From Eukaryota sp. GEM-RC1 (Eukaryota), in NCBI GenBank assembly GCA_040285855.1, contig JAUFOQ010000001.1, positions 3,286,001 through 3,350,000 on the forward strand: 64,000 nt of DNA. Reading direction: 5' to 3'. Of the stretch, positions 37,847-49,210 are shown one piece after another. The notes under the pieces are model-generated. The model did no database searches. It saw nothing but the letters and a program-made list of their open reading frames with translations, and had not been told where the DNA came from. How positions within the stretch are numbered: the stretch's first letter is position 1; each line of letters opens with the position of its first letter. The position numbers were made by a program, and so were the translations under genes.

Positions 37847-39643
37847 CTAATACTTAAATGATATTAAATGATCCACATCTACTCTTGAACTACCACGATA
37901 CAATTTGTCCAGAATACGATTCAAATACTTTGGGAAACTTCTATATAAGGAAAAAACAATGCGGTTGCGCCAAAGAGACTGATTAAAATTTTTCCTATGG
38001 TCACGGCACAACTTTGAAAAGGCATCAAAGAAATTTTCAGCAGCAAATCCAATATTACCAAGAATTGAAATAGCAAAAGGAATGAACTTAAACGAAGAAT
38101 ACAAATTGGAATTCAGTTTGATCATTGTGTCAGAATATGTACTAATTTTTCTTTTTTCCGCTTTGGATAAATGATTTTCAGTATCACTCGAAACTGAATT
38201 CAAATATACTTTAGCACATGGATCAACAGTAGTAAAATCTATCACAGCTTGACAAGAATCAAGATATGGAACAATGAGATCACCTCGTCGAGAATTGGTA
38301 ATATTATCATCACTATAATGCTTAAGAAGAGGTTCAATTTTCCCATTAAACCCATGACATTTAAACATTTCATACGTAACGTCACGAACAGCATTGTTTA
38401 AAATCGATCTAAACTGAAGAAATTTTTTGCAACTAACAATGTGTCTGAAGTCAGCTTTTGGTCTCTTTTCACAACAACACATAGTATTAGCTAACAATTC
38501 AGATGGAAACAGACCTAAGCGAAGACGCATGTTAAGTTTCCAAGCCTCATTATTGAGATGAAGACCATAAGGTCTAGGCTGTTGAGTAATAAACGATGAA
38601 CAGTTTTTTAAATCCAAAAGAAAAGCAGCAAAGACGGGATTATTTACCTTAGTAACACTAAGACGTTTAGAAAAATCCAAGTCTTCTAAGACATGTAAAA
38701 CACAATTTTGCAAGTTTACCACAGATAAATGTAGAAACTCGATTGACCTATCAGGAATAGAAGAGATTGACTTAGGAAAACACTTGTTCCAAATGTCAGC
38801 AGATAGGTTTTGAATGACAGAATCAAGAGGTCGTAACCACATAGAATTCTGTGCGATTATTTGTGAAAACACATCACTAAATCTCAAACGGAATTCGAAA
38901 AGAAAATTTTTCAAACCACCAAGATATGCACTTTGACACAAATACTCCGCTCTAGAAAATCCAACACCACCAAAAGAAGCAGAAAAGAATGCATGATAAG
39001 GAAGTTTGGTTGAATCAGTTTCAACAAGATTGCCCAAAAATTTAGTTCTAATTTCATTGAATTTTTGAGCTACTTCCCTTGAAATATCAGGAGGTATAGA
39101 TCTCAAAAAATGATTAATCTTTGAACTAAAACAAACTGAAAGCATCGAAAAAGCCAAATGTTTTTCAATTTTTAAATCTTGAATTGACTGTAATTGGGAT
39201 TGAAGCTTATTCAAAGAATTATACAAACTGTCTAAAATTTTACCTCGATTACCAAAGTAGGTACCCAAAAATTTGATAGACTCAACAGAATAGTTGGTAA
39301 ACTGTATAACTTCATTACCGTATATAATTTTAGCTGTTTCTTTTCCAATCAAGAAACACTTACTCAATTTGATCTCCAAACCAATGGATTTGGAAAGCTC
39401 AACAAAGTCATCAAGACTCGATTGTAAAACACCTATAGGTCCAATCAATGAAGAATCATCTAAAATTGTTGCAAATAAACTCTTGTAGTTATTTACTTTG
39501 TTCATAAATGACATGTTAAAACGATTACCTACATCAGCTGCATATTGGTATTGCGTTTTGTAGTGTTGAGTGAAATAAGATAATTCGCAAAATTTAATTG
39601 GCCAATGTTGCAAATTGCAATGTTTCAAAATTATATCAATCAA
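37847..39643 (-). mobile_element. 5'-truncated RLE-type (CRE/SLACS/NeSL-like) non-LTR retrotransposon with open ORF
   Basis: RT C-terminal half (ILDD, GLEIKLSKC, IKFLGTYFG, KINHFLR, GGVGF), CCHC-like CCC..HIVSC, NNAVRD, RRGDLIV..IDFTTV..EKRKISTY (PD-(D/E)xK RLE), FIPFAIS.LG.IG. Homology appears to start ~39490. Confidence 0.85.
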
Positions 39644-40080
39644 TGTTGCAATAATTTATGTTGAGCCAATTAATGTTTGATACCAATGTATTCAAAGAAA
39701 TGTATTGACAATTCAATTTTTTCAGGCCCTGAGGCACAGATAAATGAACGTGTTAACAATCTCTAAACATGGATCTTCTACGTTCAATTCAAAAATACTA
39801 AAGTAAAACTGAAAGGTCTTTTCAATAGGTGAAATAGAAGCCCCACAAAGTGTTATATCCAAAGAGTTAAAACAAATAAATATAAAGGTTTAATGTTTTC
39901 AAATAACTGGTATACTAAATTAACAGTTTCATTCGCTCTCACTTTTCTCATCCTCAAGCTACTGAAGATTGAATCGAATGATGATTTTATTGTCCACATA
40001 TATGTAAAACTTAAGCCATAACATCAATCAGAACGAGGAGTATATTGATAAACACCGTGATAGAAACACAACTGAAGAAG

Positions 40081-40195
40081 AAGGTATTCTGATTGCAAAA
40101 GCTGTATCAGCTCTCAGTCTTTTATACGGAGCAAAAGTTGATGTCAGTTTTAATGGTATTGAATGTTGTTTTAATGGTATTGAGTTCAAGTTTTT
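40081..40195 (+). mobile_element. RLE-retroposon 3'-end fragment
   Basis: IAKAVSALSL..EAKVDVSFNGIECCFNGIEF, the same tail. Confidence 0.65.
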
Positions 40196-40739
40196 CCACT
40201 TATGTGGCTGTTTTTGTTTTATACCTTATTAACAGAAAATAAACTACGGTTAAGAGGGGCTTCTACTTCTTAGTTTACATCAGTAGTAACAGGAAACACC
40301 AACACATGTAATCTGTGTATTTTATTCTAATATTTGAGCTGTGTGATATCTTCAGGTATTAAGAGTAAGGAAATTAAATTAATTAATTATTATTATTGTT
40401 AATAAATCAATTATATAGACTTTGTAACAATACTAACACCTTTGGCTGTCAGTACTTCTTCTCTTCTATTGTGCTCCTTGTTTTTTAGCATACAGGTGTC
40501 TTAACACTGGAGGACAGTAAAATGTGGTAATTGAACAATTCTTTCTTAAAACGCGTGATTGACTTCAACAGAATTCTGCAGTAGTCGATCGCTTTTTTGA
40601 TGATAACGCTTGGTCATTAAACATGCGTTTTTGTTTTTGGCCAGATAGTCTGATTCCCAATTTGAAGAGTCAGTTCAGGAAATTTGTAAGACTTATTACA
40701 GTGTATTTGCTACTTATTTAATCAATTGTGTATAGAGAG

Positions 40740-41321
40740 CAGTGAACGCCAGGCTTGTTACTTGATAAAAAACGTTTAAACCGTATTTTGAAAAAATTGA
40801 CGTTTTTAATTCTTGTCAACGTTTTTAATATTGAGTCTGGATTGACACAAAAAGCACGACTTTCTACTCCACTTTTGTCTTAATGTGATAGGTGTTATGT
40901 CATGTATGTTGTTTCTGACCAAGCAGGACTGAAACAACACAAGAGTAATTGTTGGTGACACTGATGCTGGTACAGTATATGCTCTTTGGTTCTGTATCGG
41001 AGTGAAACGACCTTCAGGTACACTCGAACAGTGTTCTTGTTGCATATACCTTGTTATCTCCCCGTCCTGACCACGTGATCCTCGTTAGATGAACACTGTA
41101 CTTCATATCCATGGTATTATCCATACAATCTCAAAAGAACATAGCTGCAATGATCGAACTATGAAAGATTTGGTTGATGAAAATGAAGTGAGAAAAAAGT
41201 GAAAAGATGAAAAAGTTGATCTGCCCTTTTGAACGTTTTTTACAAGCCTTTGGTGAACGCTAACACGTAACAAAATTGAGTCTAACACGTGTTAGGACGT
41301 TTTACGTGTTAGCGTTCACTC
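40740..41321. mobile_element. Nested hAT-type MITEs (71-bp outer element interrupted by a 503-bp inner element)
   Basis: Outer: TIR CAGTGAACGCTAACACGTAA / TTACGTGTTAGCGTTCACTC, TSD ATAGAGAG (40732-39, 41322-29). Inner 40750-41252: CAGGCTTGT..ACAAGCCT(TT)G, TSD GTGAACGC (40742-49, 41253-60). Confidence 0.85.
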
Positions 41322-41624
41322 ATAGAGAGCTCTGTGAAAATGGTAAAAGAAAAACATTTACTAGTGGAGCATTTGAGCTCAGATTTTGCAAAAAAAACTA
41401 ACTTATGTTCTCTATCTTCCAGAATGTCCACAATGTATTGTAATTCACATTTCATTCTTCTAAATATAAAGTTGTTGTTAAATACCCGTTTTACACAGTA
41501 GTGCAGTAATGGATTTGTAAGACCACTGCTAAAAAAGACCATACATATCCAAAAATCAGAAAACAGAAAACAGCCACATGCGAATTCTATCCACAAAAGT
41601 GGAATATCATAATCATTTTGTTAG

Positions 41625-43049
41625 ATGTCGATACCCTGCTCCCATACTGTCACTGAAAGCACGTCTCTAGGTGATTCTCTGTCCAGACCTATAGATTTCC
41701 AACAGTCTTTGTTGGTGAAGATTCTTACCCACATGCAAAGATCTATGCTTTCTTGGAATTTTGAACACGATTGTTATTCGTTTGATGATGTCAAACTCAA
41801 CTTTCTCCCCTTATTTGCCAAAGTTGGCTTCGTGAGTCAACATTTCCTTGCTTCCACTCTTCTTTCAACTAAACTCTTTCTTGAAACAACCACCATCTCT
41901 GTTATGGACTTGGGTAATCGTATTTCTCAACTCTTCTCACTTGCTTCCTTCTTAGATGCTGAAGTACAATCCATCTTTCTCATCATGACTGTTTCTAAAC
42001 TTTTAAATTATTCGTCATATTCGCAGGCCATTACAGGATTATCTATGAATTGGATATGTTTTGATGGTTTTGATTTTCTAAACCCTTCTTCTCCTGTTTA
42101 CCTTCCTCATCTACGAATTCTTGATTGCCATCATGATCTCTTTGGTGACACTGTTGCTACTCTTACAACTTCAGATTTTTTGGCACTTTTTGAAGGGTTG
42201 AAAGTTAATTCGACAGTTACTAAAATTGTTTTAACTAACAGTGATTTTGGTTTTGAAGGTGCTGTAGCGCTGGCAGAGGCGTTAAAAGTCAATAGAATGA
42301 TTTCGAACATTGATATAAGTTGGAACTCTATTGGGAATGAAGGTGCTATTGCATTAGCAGAGGCATTAAAAGTCAATAGAGTGATTTCCAGGATTGATTT
42401 AAGCTGGAACTCTATTGGGAATGAAGGTGCTATTGCATTAGCACAGGCATTAGGAGTTAATTCTTCAGTTACTAGTATTGAATTACGTGAGAATGGTTTA
42501 GGTGATCAATTTGCTATAGCTCTAGCTGAAGTGTTAAAAGTCAATAGAATGATTTCCAGTGTAGATCTGTATCAGAATTCTATTGGTAATGAAGGTGTTA
42601 TTGCCTTGGCTGAGGCGTTGAAAGGCAATTCCACAGTTGCTGAGATTATTCTGGGTTGTAACTCTATTGGTAATGAAGGTGTTATTGCCTTGGCTGAGGC
42701 GTTGAAATGCAATTCCACAATTTCCAAGGTTTGTTTAGAATATAACTCTATTGGTAATGAAAGTGTTATTGCATTATCAGAGGTGTTAAAAATCAATTCA
42801 TCAATCACTGAAATCAACTTGGGTAGAAACTCTGTCAGTGATGAAGGAGCTTTAGCTTTAGCTGAGGCGTTGGGAATTAATTCAACAGTTGCCCAAATTT
42901 TTCTATTTGATAATTCAATGGACGTGAAAATTAAACATTTCATTAACGAGACTTCAGATGGGCGGATTGTTTGGAATAAGTATGGCGTACCTTTTTCAAT
43001 AGAGTTGTTCGATTCTTATTACGTGGCGGCACAAAAAGCAGCCTTGTAG
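41625..43049 (+). CDS. RI-like (NLRC3-type) leucine-rich-repeat protein
   Basis: 28-aa repeats NSIGNEGAIALAEALKVN; N-terminal domain shared with 62858. Confidence 0.9.
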   Translation: MSIPCSHTVTESTSLGDSLSRPIDFQQSLLVKILTHMQRSMLSWNFEHDCYSFDDVKLNFLPLFAKVGFVSQHFLASTLLSTKLFLETTTISVMDLGNRISQLFSLASFLDAEVQSIFLIMTVSKLLNYSSYSQAITGLSMNWICFDGFDFLNPSSPVYLPHLRILDCHHDLFGDTVATLTTSDFLALFEGLKVNSTVTKIVLTNSDFGFEGAVALAEALKVNRMISNIDISWNSIGNEGAIALAEALKVNRVISRIDLSWNSIGNEGAIALAQALGVNSSVTSIELRENGLGDQFAIALAEVLKVNRMISSVDLYQNSIGNEGVIALAEALKGNSTVAEIILGCNSIGNEGVIALAEALKCNSTISKVCLEYNSIGNESVIALSEVLKINSSITEINLGRNSVSDEGALALAEALGINSTVAQIFLFDNSMDVKIKHFINETSDGRIVWNKYGVPFSIELFDSYYVAAQKAAL

Positions 43050-43863
43050 TACTAAGAATCTCTGTAACTTAATTTTACACTTTTGTTCACTGAAGGGCAG
43101 AAAGATCTTGACTTTTTAACTAAGGAAATGCTCTTTGGAGTTTCTTTCAGGGGAGGGATATTAGTGGACCGTTTTCTGTTTAGTCTGGTAATAAATACAA
43201 TGTATCCCTGTTTATGACACACATATTAGGCACACATTTCCAAAATTGATTCACAAATAGTGCAAAATATAGCTCATTTTTTCGAAGCAAAATAATTAAA
43301 ACTAACTGTGGAAATATTGTGGATGATTTCAATTCAAATTTTCCTAAGCGTTTATGCGCAAATGGTAATACATTTACATTTGTTATTATCCTATTGTCGA
43401 AAATCTTTGGAAATCCTTTTGATTCTACTGTTCATTTATCCACTATTCAATTCACACATGTACGGCAAGGGTAATCAATGATGACTCATCATGAATCATT
43501 CACTGTCTTAATTTCGTGTTATAGTCCATTTTGATGAAATCCAAAAAGAAACACCCTGAGGACCAATTGTGAGCTTTTACCAGTGTCAACTCGCTGGTTG
43601 GCCTCATTTCCTACAGTCTTACACTGAACTTGTGATTGTTTGTACAGCGCAATATTCACAATAGATGTAGCAACATCTCAAAGAGCAAATAAAAATATTG
43701 AAGCAATATTTGAAAGTCAACAATGTATTTCTCCTCTGATAAGAAACGATTGATTTCGGACTTGACAGACAGAGTCAGATTTTGCAAAGAATCAAGACAC
43801 AAAAGACGTTAACAATCCAAAAACCTCTCTTTTGGGTTACTTGTCAAAGGGTTGATTGAATCA

Positions 43864-45360
43864 ATGTTGCTTCTACAGTACCGTCGTCCGTTCAGAAAAC
43901 CACTCAACCATCGTCGTCTGACTATACTACTTGGCTTTTTGCTCTTTGCCTCACTTTTTACATGTCTTTTTCTGTTTTCTGAATCATTCAAAGTTACGCT
44001 TAAACTTCCCGCTGATTCTGTTACCAATACGACTTACAATAACCACTCATATGTCCATCACTCATCAGATTCGGCTAATCCTACTCCTGCTGTCCCAATT
44101 CCACCAGTGTCACCTGACTCAGTACCTCCTATCTCTACTGATCCACTGCCAGCTGATAACGTTCATGAAACTGATATCTCAGATTCATTACGTGAAAACT
44201 TCATGTCAACTTTTCTACTTCCTGGTAAGAAAGCTGTCAATGAGGATGGAATTGATGCTGTCATTACCTATGTAAATGGTGATGATCCTGTTTGGCAAGA
44301 ACAACGTCGTGTAAAGGAATCTACTACTGTTAGCTCTCCACCTCAACCGTCACCTCCTCAACGTTATCCAGGGAGGCCTAGAGGAGGTACTGATAATAAA
44401 CATGCAGCAGAATTTAGTGATATAGGAGAGGTCATCTTCTCTCTTCGGGGGATATATAAGAACCTTCCTGACTTACGACACGTTTTTCTTGTAGTTTCTG
44501 GTCCTTCTCAGATTCCTTCTTGGTTGGATCCCAGAAATCCCTACATTACAATAGTATATCATGAAGATATATTTGAAGATGTTTCTGTTCTACCGGTATT
44601 CTCGTCTTATGCTATAGAAGCAAATCTCTGGAGAATACCAGGGTTATCACAGAACTTTCTTTATTTTAACGATGATATGACTTTGGTCAAACCTCTACCC
44701 AATTCTCTTCTGTATGACCTGGAAACAGGACGAAGATTAGTCCATGTATGTCTCATCACTATAATTCACCTCAGATTGAACATTGGTGGGTTCCAAAACC
44801 TCCTGGTGGAAATCAGTTCAATAAGGGTCTTGTCAAAAGTGGACAATTGCTCACCAAGACATTTGGTCGACCTTTTCCCAAGCTCAAGGGCTGGCATGCT
44901 ATGGCACATATCTGGTATCCTCTCAATAGGAAAGTTATGCAAGAAGCAGCTGCTGAATTTGCCGGCACTTTCAAGAAGATCGTTTCAACACCATTCCGAC
45001 CTTCTGATGGGCTTCCTCACTTCATGCACTTAGCTAACCATTACTGGGTGCAGAAAAGTATAATTAACAAATACGAAAATCCATTATATAATGCAATGTA
45101 CCATATGTGTATGTAACTTTGTTTCTTTCACCTTAGGTTATCATGATGAGTATGTGTTTGCTCATCTAGGACAGCCCACTGAAGTTGAGAAGATCTTTAA
45201 GCGCGCAGAAAAGCCAGAGAGTTTTGCTGTTTGTCTGAATGATCCAGGATATAGGAATCCTCGTTCTTTAACAATGTACTATGAGAAAATGACAGCTATT
45301 TTACCTGAAAAAGCTCCATGGGAGAAAGAGGATGCCATTGAGTTGTACAAGAAGAGATAG
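43864..45360 (+). CDS. Stealth-family hexose-1-phosphotransferase, type II membrane protein; 2 introns
   Basis: N-terminal TM helix; CR1 IDAVITYVNGDDPVW; CR2 FSLRGI...PVFSSYAIEANLWRIPGLSQNFLYFNDD; CR4-like VCLND..LPEKAPWE. Introns 44746-44774 and 45109-45136. Confidence 0.9.
44746..44774 (+). other. 29-nt spliceosomal intron
   Basis: GTATGTCTCATCACTATAATTCACCTCAG; restores frame (LVH|IEHWW). Confidence 0.85.
45109..45136 (+). other. 28-nt spliceosomal intron
   Basis: GTATGTAACTTTGTTTCTTTCACCTTAG; restores frame (HMCYHDEY). Confidence 0.85.
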
Positions 45361-45426
45361 TTGGTTAGTGCATGTGTATAGTTTTGTTACAAATTTATTG
45401 TTTCTAAACAATTATTATTATTCAGT

Positions 45427-46578
45427 CTAAGGATTGCTAACCTTCACCATTTGATCTAATACTGCTAGATTATTCATGGGTGAATTCATAACATCAAATT
45501 CTTGTTCTGGAGTAAGAACCACGATCTCATCATCCTGGTTCAACACTTCGGAATTTAGTTCCGACGGTGGAGTTTTCTTTCTCCGTGCATAATAGCGTTC
45601 ATAAGCTTGATCCCTGCACATCTTCCCTTCAACAACACTAGTCCAATCTACAATATCTTCGCACACTGCACTAGACAGTGGTACTCCCAGCAGATCAGCA
45701 ATGATTGTTTGACAGCGAATGGCAAAGTTCTTTGGAGTCTCGTCTAATTTGGGATGGACCAGATCATGACTAAAATCCACGTGAACATGGTTGACCATTT
45801 GAGACAAACATCTAACTAAGTGAAGAGGAAAGATATAACCAACGTTAGTGGCATTAAACTTCTTTCCAGGATAACTAATGGCAACAGGGTGCAGCGGCAG
45901 AAGAGGTCGAAACACTCCAGTTTTGAACTCAATAACTTGGAATTGATTTGTGATTACTCCTTCAGGAAAGATAGATGTAACAGGAACAGACATATCAGAA
46001 GGGTCAACACGCAGAGATTCGAAGCGGGAACTCAGGATAGATGCGGCTCGTTTGCAGTCGTCCCTATCTAGTCTATCAACGAAGATACACAAATTGGATC
46101 GAAACATAAACGAAATCAGTGGGAATGTAGATAACTCACGCATGGCGACAAAGGATAAAATACCGCGTGACATGAGAAGGAAGAGATCTAGAAAGGAGAC
46201 GTGATTGGCAACGGTTGGATGACGAAGGGTGGGAGTACCGACCTGGTGAATCCAACACCCGTAACATAGCAAGAATGTCCTAGACATGCCTCTATGTATG
46301 GAAGTCAGCAGTTTTCTGCGAGAAAGAGGAAGGGGATCAGTGACAATATTATCATTGTACAAGTCAGACCAATAACCAAGAGTGATAGCTCGAAGCAACA
46401 GCCAATAAATTATAATGGTGAGAAGTAGTAGTATAGCTCGAACAGGAAGGACAATAGCATATCCAAACACAACAATGAAAACATCTTTACAAGAACTAAC
46501 ACAAGCACCGTGGTCTACGTGCCGACCAGGTGCAAAAGGTGAGTTTTCATCGTACCCAGAAGACCAAATTGAGGGCAT
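45427..46578 (-). CDS. Lysophospholipid acyltransferase (LPCAT/LPEAT-like, PlsC family)
   Basis: ANHVSFLD (NHxxxxD), IFVDR, IFPEG, FKTG, PVAISY; N-terminal TM segment. Confidence 0.92.
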   Translation of the reverse strand: MPSIWSSGYDENSPFAPGRHVDHGACVSSCKDVFIVVFGYAIVLPVRAILLLLTIIIYWLLLRAITLGYWSDLYNDNIVTDPLPLSRRKLLTSIHRGMSRTFLLCYGCWIHQVGTPTLRHPTVANHVSFLDLFLLMSRGILSFVAMRELSTFPLISFMFRSNLCIFVDRLDRDDCKRAASILSSRFESLRVDPSDMSVPVTSIFPEGVITNQFQVIEFKTGVFRPLLPLHPVAISYPGKKFNATNVGYIFPLHLVRCLSQMVNHVHVDFSHDLVHPKLDETPKNFAIRCQTIIADLLGVPLSSAVCEDIVDWTSVVEGKMCRDQAYERYYARRKKTPPSELNSEVLNQDDEIVVLTPEQEFDVMNSPMNNLAVLDQMVKVSNP

Positions 46579-46972
46579 GGAAATTAATGAAAGTACAAAG
46601 AGGGAAGAAGATCACTGTCCAATCCAACAGTAGCGAAGACTTTAGATCACTGTTGGTCACATCCATGGTGCAACAACGTAGTAATATATAGCTGATGATC
46701 TTATTAAACAAAACAAGCAACCAATATAAAAAAATGGTATCCCGACATCTGAGAACGACAATTTCAGGGTTTGTTCATCAGTACCCACATTTGAAGTAAA
46801 CAAAGAGCATGTTCGATCAAGAAGTGGAATAGTGAAAAAAGATGGATGTTTATTTTGCATGTCATGTATAGTTCTATGGACAATCAAGTAGAAGAAGTAG
46901 AGGTCGATGTTTTGATGTATTAGGACATTTCAGATCGGTAAAGAAAAAACTTCTTTTCCCGATACACACACA

Positions 46973-48022
46973 ATGGTTTGTCTTTCATGCTGATATTCAT
47001 CAAAGGCCGCCGCTCGTCCCCTTGTTAACGTCCAAACTATTAAAGATGAAGCTCAGTCTGAGTCTATCCCCCTTCCTTCCGTTTTCACCGCACCTGTTCG
47101 TGCCGATTTAATCCATTTCACCCATTATCAAATGGCTAAGAACAGTCGTCAACCATATGCTGTTTCCGCTGATGCTGGTTACGAATTTGCTGCTGAATCT
47201 TGGGGTACTGGTCGTGCTGTTGCCAGAATTCCTCGTGTCGGAGGTGGAGGTACTGGCCGATCAGGTCAAGGTGCTTTCGGTAACATGTGTCGTGGCGGTA
47301 GAATGTTTGCTCCCACCAAGACCACTCGCAGATGGCACGTTTGCCTCAATGTCAACATGAAGAGATATGCTCTTGTCTCTGCCGTCGCAGCAACTGCTAT
47401 TACCTCCCTTGTCTCTGCCAGAGGACATGCTATTGATCAAGTCACTGAAATCCCCTGTGTTTTAAACAATGCTGTCGAATCAATCCAAAAGACCAAGGAA
47501 GCAATGGCTGTCTTGGAAAAGATTGGAGCCTCTGCTGAAGTCGAAAGAGTTAAGAAGTCTCGTTCCATCAGAGCCGGAAGAGGTAAGATGAGAAACCGCA
47601 GATACACTCAAAGACGTGGTCCTTTAGTTATTTATGAAAACGACAACGGTATCACTCGCGCTTTCAGAAACATTCCCGGTGTTGAATTGTGCCAGGTTTC
47701 TAGATTGAACTTGTTACAACTTGCTCCCGGTGGTCATTTAGGTAGATTCATTATCTGGACTGAGGCTGCCTTCAAGAAGCTTGACGAAATCTACGCATCA
47801 TATGTTCCCCGTAACATTATGACTAATGCTGATCTCTCTAGATTATTGAAGTCCGAGGAAATCCAAAAGGCTATCCGTGCTCCTAAGTCTCGCGATCCCT
47901 ACTTCAAGAAGCGCCGTAACCCTCTTAAGAACAAGGAATTCATGAAGAAGCTCAACCCTGCTTATAAGAAGCAATTAGCTGAAAGAAGAAAGGCATCCCA
48001 AGTTGAAAAGCGTGAGCAATAA
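46973..48022 (+). CDS. RPL4: 60S ribosomal protein L4 (uL4); intron directly after the ATG
   Basis: ATG 46973 + intron 46976-47005 gives MAAARPLVNV..; AESWGTGRAVARIPRV, GNMCRGGRMFAP, LNLLQLAPGGHLGRF. Confidence 0.98.
46976..47005 (+). other. 30-nt start-codon intron
   Basis: GTTTGTCTTTCATGCTGATATTCATCAAAG; contains an in-frame TGA. Confidence 0.9.
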
Positions 48023-48117
48023 GTGAATAAACCTAGTTTCCTCTAATTAAATTCATTTTTACATTTGGAAATTCTTTTTTAATATTGGACCAAATGCTGT
48101 TGGTTTAGGTTTTAAAC

Positions 48118-48743
48118 CATACCTGGAAAATACAAGGCTTGAACAAAATACAGATACAGATTAAAATACAAATTCAATGATGTTGTATTATCTGTATTTT
48201 TAGTAGTGTACATCGACAATAACGATGTAAATAAGTGTTTCTTATATACTTTCTTCTTACTTAGGTTAAACTATAGTTCAATCAGCAAATAGAGACTGAT
48301 CAATTGTCTCTCCTCATCAGACCCAATTCTATCTTTTCTTTCTTGTTGGTCAGGTTTTGGCACGTATTTTGTGTCCTGTTTTTGGAGAAACACATTCAAA
48401 GAGCAATTCTTCCTCCAATTATTCATCGACATTTTCCCAGTCGACTACTGTAGTTTATTCGTCTGTCTTCTGTTTTGGTTGCTGATAAACTACGACAGCT
48501 ACTTCGTCTTGTATCTTGATCTGTATCATTTTTTCATTTACTTCTGTGCATACATGAAGAAAAATTGGAGATAAGAGAACTACATGTACATCCAAAATAG
48601 GTACTGTACTTTACAGGTAAGTTAGTTCAGAATCTTATTCCTAAATAATACAGTATTTTAATACTGAAAAATATAAAATACAAATACATGTACACTAGAT
48701 ACAAAAATACAGAAAATACAGAAAAGTGTATTTTCCAGGTATG
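48118..48743. mobile_element. 626-bp non-autonomous hAT-type element (MITE)
   Basis: Perfect 17-bp TIR CATACCTGGAAAATACA / TGTATTTTCCAGGTATG; 8-bp TSD TTTTAAAC / CTTTAAAC; repeated AAATACA motifs near the ends. Confidence 0.88.
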
Positions 48744-49210
48744 CTTTAAACTGAGTAGCTTGTAATTTGCTGCTAGTTTCCAGCATAGAAATGGTCAGTA
48801 GAATTTTACTAGTAGTCATCAAAAACCGTCCTGAAGCTAAGAAAGTAATACAAGAATTCTAACCTACCAGTCTAGGTAAATGCTCAGAAATAATCTCTCG
48901 GCACATAAACTAGGAATGTCAATTAGTTCAGTTCTGCCTGGAACTACCTTGTAATTGATGAACTACAGTAGTTCCGGATAGTTCCCAATTATTAAGAACT
49001 GAACTAAACTAAACTGATTCTAATTCTTTCATTTATTGTAGAAATTGTAAAGCAAATGTGTACATACCAATATTCATAAACATCATCAGAAATACGGTCC
49101 ATTGGAAATACTCTACGTATAGATGTCATTATTTCGAGGGTGAATTGTATTGAGCTATCGGTCATTGATGGTTGGATTGCATTGTCTTATTATTTTTGAA
49201 CTGTGACTCA

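Noticed and set aside
42131..42943. Antisense ORFs over the LRR gene (and similar shadow ORFs over the kinase, LPCAT, TPK1 and RRM genes)
   Set aside because: Explained by codon structure of the sense-strand genes.
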